64,000 nt of DNA. It comes from Eledone cirrhosa (Eukaryota). The stretch spans positions 28,830,001 through 28,894,000 of the forward strand of contig OZ024755.1 of the NCBI GenBank assembly GCA_964016885.1, in the 5' to 3' direction. The translations under genes and the position numbers were made by a program. The number at the start of each line of letters is the position of its first letter. The stretch's first letter is position 1. The notes beneath the pieces were generated by a model. That model was not told the origin of the DNA, did no database searches, and was given only the letters and a program-made list of their open reading frames with translations. This document shows positions 56,547 through 64,000 of this stretch, piece after piece.

Positions 56547-58774
56547 AAAGTTCTATTTAAATTGTTGGGATACAACAAGATAAATCAACAACCTATCACT
56601 TAGAGCTTTCGCTCTCTCTTCTCTTTCTCTTTTCTCTCTATCTTTTTTCTTTTTTTTTCTCTCTTGTTCTTCTCTCTCTCTCTCTCTCTCTCTATCTCCG
56701 TAACCCAACGGCTTATTTTCAAATATCCAATACTAATTTACATAATAGTATAAATAAAGTTATAACCCCACTATCCGGGAGCTTCCAACAGTAATGGTTG
56801 CATTCTTTAAGGGTATGTCAATACTTATTTATAAAACTGCTCTATATTATATTTTATCTGATGACAGCACACCATAATTTAACTTGGTGTCCTTGAAATG
56901 TGTATAATGAAATAAATATGGTTTTATAAATATAGTTTCCATTTGTTTATATAGTATTTTTACTCCAATTATTTGTTGAGTGCTTTATATCAGTTATAAA
57001 AATATTTGCTTGTTGTATCCCAACAACTTAAATAGAACTTTTACATATATTCTGCTCCTTCATTGTCGAGTGCTTTATATTATAACTGAAAAATGGAATT
57101 CTTTAAGACCTCTTCTTCTCTAAAGGACATACCTTTACCTAGGAATAAAGATTTTATTAAGCAATTAATAGAAAAATCAGACTCTTTTATAAGAAGAATC
57201 AGTTGGCGTGCTTTCCACTTCGATAAATCTAATCTAAATGAAAATGTCTCCAATCTTGATAAAATATTCAAATCTAAAAAAATAAACTACGTTAATTTTA
57301 ACTCTAATCACCCCAAATCCGTTTAAAATACTATAGTAAACTCTGTACAGCAACGCATTTCGAGAATTTCAGCTAATAAGAATATATTTGATGAAAAAGC
57401 ACATTATTACAACGAAGCGTTAGGTAGAGCTGGGTATAGAAATAAAATTAAATACATTGATAATAATAATATAACAACTAACCATAATCTTAACAATTTT
57501 AACTATTTTAACAATTTTAACAACTATAATAGAAAACCTTACAATAATTCGGAAACAAAAAAAGAAATAGAGCTAGGAATATATTATGCTTCGCTCCTCC
57601 TTTCTCATTAAATATTAAAACCCCTATTGCTAAACTCTTTTTTAAAGCTCTTGACAAATGCTTCCCTAGAACACATAGATATTACTCAATTTTTAATAGA
57701 CATACTATTCAATTAAATTATTCATACACCAAAAATTTAGCGCAAAATATTAATAGAATTAATAATAGAAATTTAAAACCTAACCAAAATACTACTAATA
57801 ACCCAAGCAATATCCAATTTGATAAATGTAACTGTAGAAATAAATCTAACTGTCCGTTAAATAACAATTGCTTAGCTAAAAATATAGTATATAATTGTAA
57901 TGTAAAAACTAATTTAAATTCATTTAATTATGTGGGATCCACTTCCACAGAGTTTAAATCCCGTTTCAATAATCATAAAAATTATTTTACTAATCCAAAC
58001 AAAAAATCTTCAACTTCTCTATCTAGCTTATTATGGGACCTCAAATTAAAGAACGTTAAATATTCGTTGCTTTGGAATATTATTTCAAAGCTACTCCTTT
58101 TAACTCCTCTTCTGAAAATTGTGATCTTTGTATAGAGGAAATATTCTTTATATTAAAGACGAAAAATTCCCTGAACCGAAGGAACAATTTATTCAGTTGC
58201 TGCAGATATAGATTGAACTCAACGTTTAAATATAAATTTAAAATGTAATATATAATTAATTAATTAATTCTATTAATATATTGAACCTATAGATAAATCA
58301 TTAGATTCCTTCATTTTGACTGCTTAAACTCTCAAGTAAAAAAACTTTTCTTCCTAAATATAAATAGATATAAAATCTCTTCTAGAGAAACATACTGAAA
58401 GCTCTTAAAAGGGGAAATATTATTTGATAGTTTCTCCTATTTTGAAAGTTTCTCTTTTGAAAGTTTCTCTTTCTTTCTCTTATGGATATAAAATTAAGTT
58501 AAATATACGAAGAAAATGTTTATACTAAATCTATTAAACATATTATTATTTTAAAATTATAACTTGAAATATTCTATAATTTTTTAAAATTATTTTGATC
58601 GTAATATAATTATTTTTTTATTTTATTTATTTTTTATTTCATTTCATTTCATTTCATTTCATTTCATTTTATTTTATTATTTTTTTTATTTTATTTTATT
58701 TTATTTTATTTTATATCATATATATTATGTACTTCAATTATACTATGTACTGTATTTATATATCTATCTCTCTC

Positions 58775-58825
<51 letters not shown>

Positions 58826-59759
58826 TATATTTATATGCATGTATATATATTTATGTGTGTGTATGTATGTGTATATACATATATATGTGTGATGAATATC
58901 TACCTATATGTTGTAGGTACGTCTATGTGTATATATGTGGGAATTGAGTATATATATGTGTATATGCATACAATTCGATTGCACTCGTTTATAAGGCTTC
59001 TCTTAAGGTTCGTGATAAATAAACCGTCACATAAATAACAGTCACAACTACATAACAGGTAGATTTATTAGATATAAAACTTATATATATAAAAAAATTG
59101 TATAATAACATAAAGTGTGTATAACATAAAATTTCCTTTAATATCTTAACAATTGTAACATTTATATAACTAAATAACATAATCTCCTTCACGCTGCTTT
59201 GATATTACATAGAAATGATTTTCTCTGTTTTTCTAAGATTTTCTATGAACAATCTATAAGCTTATGAACATTCTTATATCTTAAATTAAAAATCCTTTAT
59301 ACTTTGTATGTATATATTATGTACGTGGGTATATATATGTATATGTATTTGTATGTATATATATTTATATGTATATATATCTGTGTGTGTGTGTGTATAT
59401 ATATATGAATATATTCTTTTAATAATATATAGATTTTTTAATAATATATAGTCTTAATAATAATATATAGATTTCTTAATATATAGATCTCAATTTTTAA
59501 TGTATAGATCTCAATAATTTAAATGATAAACTAAACATTTAATCATATTTAAACAATGGTTAAAATTCTCATGTTATATATGTATCTTCCATTCACGATT
59601 ATTTACATTTCTCTATTCATCCATAAAAAATAAATATTTATTTATTCTTTCATTTCATCTCAAATGTTAAGATAACTCAACAACCTATCACTTAGAGCTT
59701 TCGCTCTCTCTTCTCTTTCTCTTTTCTCTCTATTTTTTTTATTTTTTTCTCTCTCTTGT

Positions 59760-59843
<84 letters not shown>

Positions 59844-60081
59844 GTAACCCAACGGCTTATTTAAAAATACCCAATACTAATTTACATAATAGTATAAATA
59901 AAGTTATAACCCCACTATCCGGGAGCTTCCAACAGTAATGGTATGTCAATATTTATTTATAAAACTGCTCTATATTATATTTTATCTGATGAAAGCACAC
60001 CATAATTTAACTTGGTGTCTTTGAAATATGTATAATGAAATAAATATGGTTTTATAAATATAATTTCCATTTGTTAATATC

Positions 60082-60083
<2 letters not shown>
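56543..60083 (+). mobile_element. internally deleted PLE with both pLTRs (same family as 20118-23232)
   Basis: pLTRs at 56585-57046 and 59678-60083, each with an HHR (56858, 59986). Inverted cap at 56543-56580. The ORF start MEFFK...SLKDIP...IRRISWRAFHF is fused to NYVNFNSNHP; GIY-YIG runs to 58248. Confidence 0.9.
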
Positions 60084-60154
<71 letters not shown>

Positions 60155-61469
60155 ATTGAACATTTTAGAAAACGATATTCTTTAAAATGGTCTAAAATAC
60201 TTGAGGGCGCTTCCGGCTGGGGAGAGTCCTGTATGTGCAGTCTGTTTGAGTCAAACGCTGCTGATTCTTATACGTAGACCGCAGTTAATTAAGAGAAGGG
60301 TTGAGGTTTTCGGTGTTTGTCGAATCCTGGGAATATCGTACTTTCCTCAAACGATAATATTGCAATTATACTTGCAGTATTAACAAAAAATAATTAAGAA
60401 AACACCCATAAAATATAGTGCAGAAGATCAATATCAGTGCATATCTTAGGACATCACCATAAGCCCTTGTAGTGTTTATCCTACACACCTCGAGCACATA
60501 GATACAGATGCACGTGAAACATACCCTTCAATATTAGACATAACATTACAAACCCTCGGTTTCTCTAGACGTTATACCATCGATAGTATTACACATAGTT
60601 CTCACTCCTTACATTAAATTACTTCTTGTATACATTCATATGTTTATACCCTACTCTTATAGCAATGTATTTTATATATATTCTGTCTTTTATTTTTATT
60701 GTCATTCTTATTATAATTATATACACATCCATTCATATCAATTGTTATGTCCGTACCACTCTAAAATTGTATTTGGTGACACGCAAGATACTTAATCTAA
60801 AATACGATCGAATAAAAATGTCCTTCTCGTGTTTCTCGTGCTTTTTCATCAGCCCACTATTGCTGGTGTTGTAGTTGTTGTTATCAATACTGTTACTGTT
60901 TATTGTAGTTGTCGGCCTTGCTGATATTATTCTATATCAAACATCATCAACTCATATCCACCCCCCACCACCAACGTGGTTTTATATCGCACTTGTGTTT
61001 GTCCTGTCAGGTTCCTCAAACCATGACACACATTTAACACCCACCTCCACCGACGAAGAAGATTACAACTACCAGGGTACTGGAAATGGCGTCCATTTCT
61101 TAGAACAGGTTTCAATAAGTCATAACGCTCACCATCTGAGGGATGTCTAGTAATAAACTTTAAATAAAATGTCAAATAATAATTAATTATAATTAATTAG
61201 TTATTTGACATTTTATAGGTATTTAAAGTTTTGTTATATTTGAGGAGGATCAGTTTGTTCTAATATTGCCATAACAAATATAGTAAAACACACTCACTTT
61301 TCTACTATATTATATTATATTTTTATCGTAATATTAGAACAGCATGGCCTTTCCCTAAATATAACAATGTCTATTTCAACAGACGATCTCATATAGAAAA
61401 CCTTTCAAAACAAATACATAGTATTTAAAGTTTATTATATCTTTTAGCACCTTATTAACGATTATTAAT

Positions 61470-61795
61470 TGGATGGTTGATAGGTGCTACACGAGAATGC
61501 TGAGAATGGGTCTGAACATTAATCAATATACACTGACGATGAAGAAGTCGGAGCTGTACGGGAGCCTCCCAAAAGTCAGCTCGAAAGTAACAAAGAAGAG
61601 ATGGATGTTAGCTGGACATGCTCACCGATATTCACAGTTGACACTGCACTAAGTGCTCCTGTGGGTGACCCTACACTGACACAGTGGAAGAGGGAGACCG
61701 AGGTTGACATATGTTCATGCCCTAAGAACAGACACAGGTCTTTTGGAGACGCAGGACATGGTAGCGATGGTGACGGACAGAGTCCACTGTGCTAA
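61470..61795 (+). pseudogene. RTE LINE ORF2 C-terminal fragment
   Basis: CYTRMLRMGLNI...ELYGSLPKVS...LAGHAHR...RGRPRLTYV...DTG. Confidence 0.82.
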
Positions 61796-62209
61796 AGAGT
61801 CTTTTACTGAGATACATATGTCAAACTGGCTCATATAAAATATATATGATAGCTGTATGATGAGATCGTGTGTATTGCATAATTTATACAATCAATATGT
61901 GTATAGCAACAATAACTTATATATAAAATTATGTAAGTTTCCAACATATCGCCTCATACTTTATTATTGTAGGTAAACACCGTCGTACATATAGCTGACT
62001 GGTTACATCAAAGTCTGGAATGTATAATACGTCGATAACTCATAAAAACCTACTACTGAGAAACAATAACGCATTGACGCACACCAACGTACTTTATACA
62101 CAGAGAGGCATATATACATATATATAAATATGTATGTATATATATATATAAATATATATATATGTATAGTCTTCAAATTTATTATTATTACTATATTTAG
62201 ATATGTATA

Positions 62210-62263
<54 letters not shown>

Positions 62264-62264
62264 C

Positions 62265-62432
62265 ATAATCGGAGAAAGCTAATAGCGATTCTCCGGCCAA
62301 ATTCCAACTCACCCAACAAACATTAGGAAATACCTGAGTATATTCCTAATTAAACGTTCAGGGTGCTAACTAATTGCATTGTGTGGACAATTGGCTGTAT
62401 TATTTCATATGAGATATATCAAATATATCTCT
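62265..62432 (+). repeat. unclassified dispersed repeat
   Basis: Matches 43150-43318 in reverse; starts with a CGGAG...CTCCG hairpin next to (TA)n. Confidence 0.8.
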
Positions 62433-62807
62433 TCTCAGACGACTCGTTTCATTATAAGATTTCTACAAGTTGGGTGAAATTATACCAATTTATGTAGAAG
62501 CTTGTATAAGATCAACAGATACTTATTCAAGTGGGCTCTTATAATTCTTCAGTGGGTGCCCAATAATATTAATATTGATAACCAAATCAACATCAATATT
62601 TAGCGATAATCACCAGCAGTGCTTGAGGGAGTTGCTAGCTCGTTAGTCCAGCAGTTCTATAGAAAATCTCACACTGTCACCAAAATAGGAGGAAGGAGAT
62701 TATATTACCGCCAAAAAACAATACATGCGCAGGTCATTGAACTCTGAAAAGAATTCAAGCCACGTGCTAGAACTGAATTGGATATGAAAAAATAACCATA
62801 TGTGCGC

Positions 62808-63716
<909 letters not shown>

Positions 63717-64000
63717 TAAGTATGTATGTATACGTACATGCACACACATATATATATATGCACGTATCGGTTTACCGAATATTTATTATAATGCTCGGTT
63801 TGGTTTTTTGTAAACAAACAAACATCCCGAATTACGCCGTCAGTGTTTAGGCAACCACGTCAACTTTTTGTTCAACACTGACACAGGAACGATGTACTAG
63901 TTTCAAGCTTATTAGCTATCGTCAGCATTGTATACCTTCCTGCCGGATTGTTGAACGTCTGAAAGTACATAATTCTTATGCATATTAACGGCTGAGCAGC

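Noticed and set aside
61011-61150. Exon-like segment GSSNHDTHLTPTSTDEEDY
   Set aside because: Acceptor is plausible but there is no identifiable product

Overview
Very AT-rich, microsatellite-saturated eukaryotic DNA. The SINE and LINE content suggests an octopod cephalopod (inference). I found no recognisable host protein-coding gene, and most track ORFs are (TA)n/(CA)n/(GA)n artefacts. The window is a dense patchwork of retroelements. It holds two decayed copies of one Penelope-like element (PLE; RT plus C-terminal GIY-YIG), fragments of two other PLEs, RTE, CR1-like, R4/Dong-like, CRE-like and L1/Tx1-like fragments, about 17 copies of a tRNA-derived SINE, two copies of a second SINE and four copies of a bipartite RTE-derived non-autonomous element. 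The strongest signal is a set of 150-450 bp PLE terminal-repeat-like mini-elements from about ten sequence families, nearly all embedded in (TA)n tracts. They carry minimal type I hammerhead ribozyme (HHR) cores: at least 15 complete CTGANGA...GAAA...TH cores plus many half-cores. Many begin with a fold-back inverted duplication whose symmetry centre lies in or beside the hammerhead. The same snap-back architecture appears as a 300 bp hairpin at the 5' end of a protein-coding PLE. All coordinates and translations were read by eye and may be off by a few bases.
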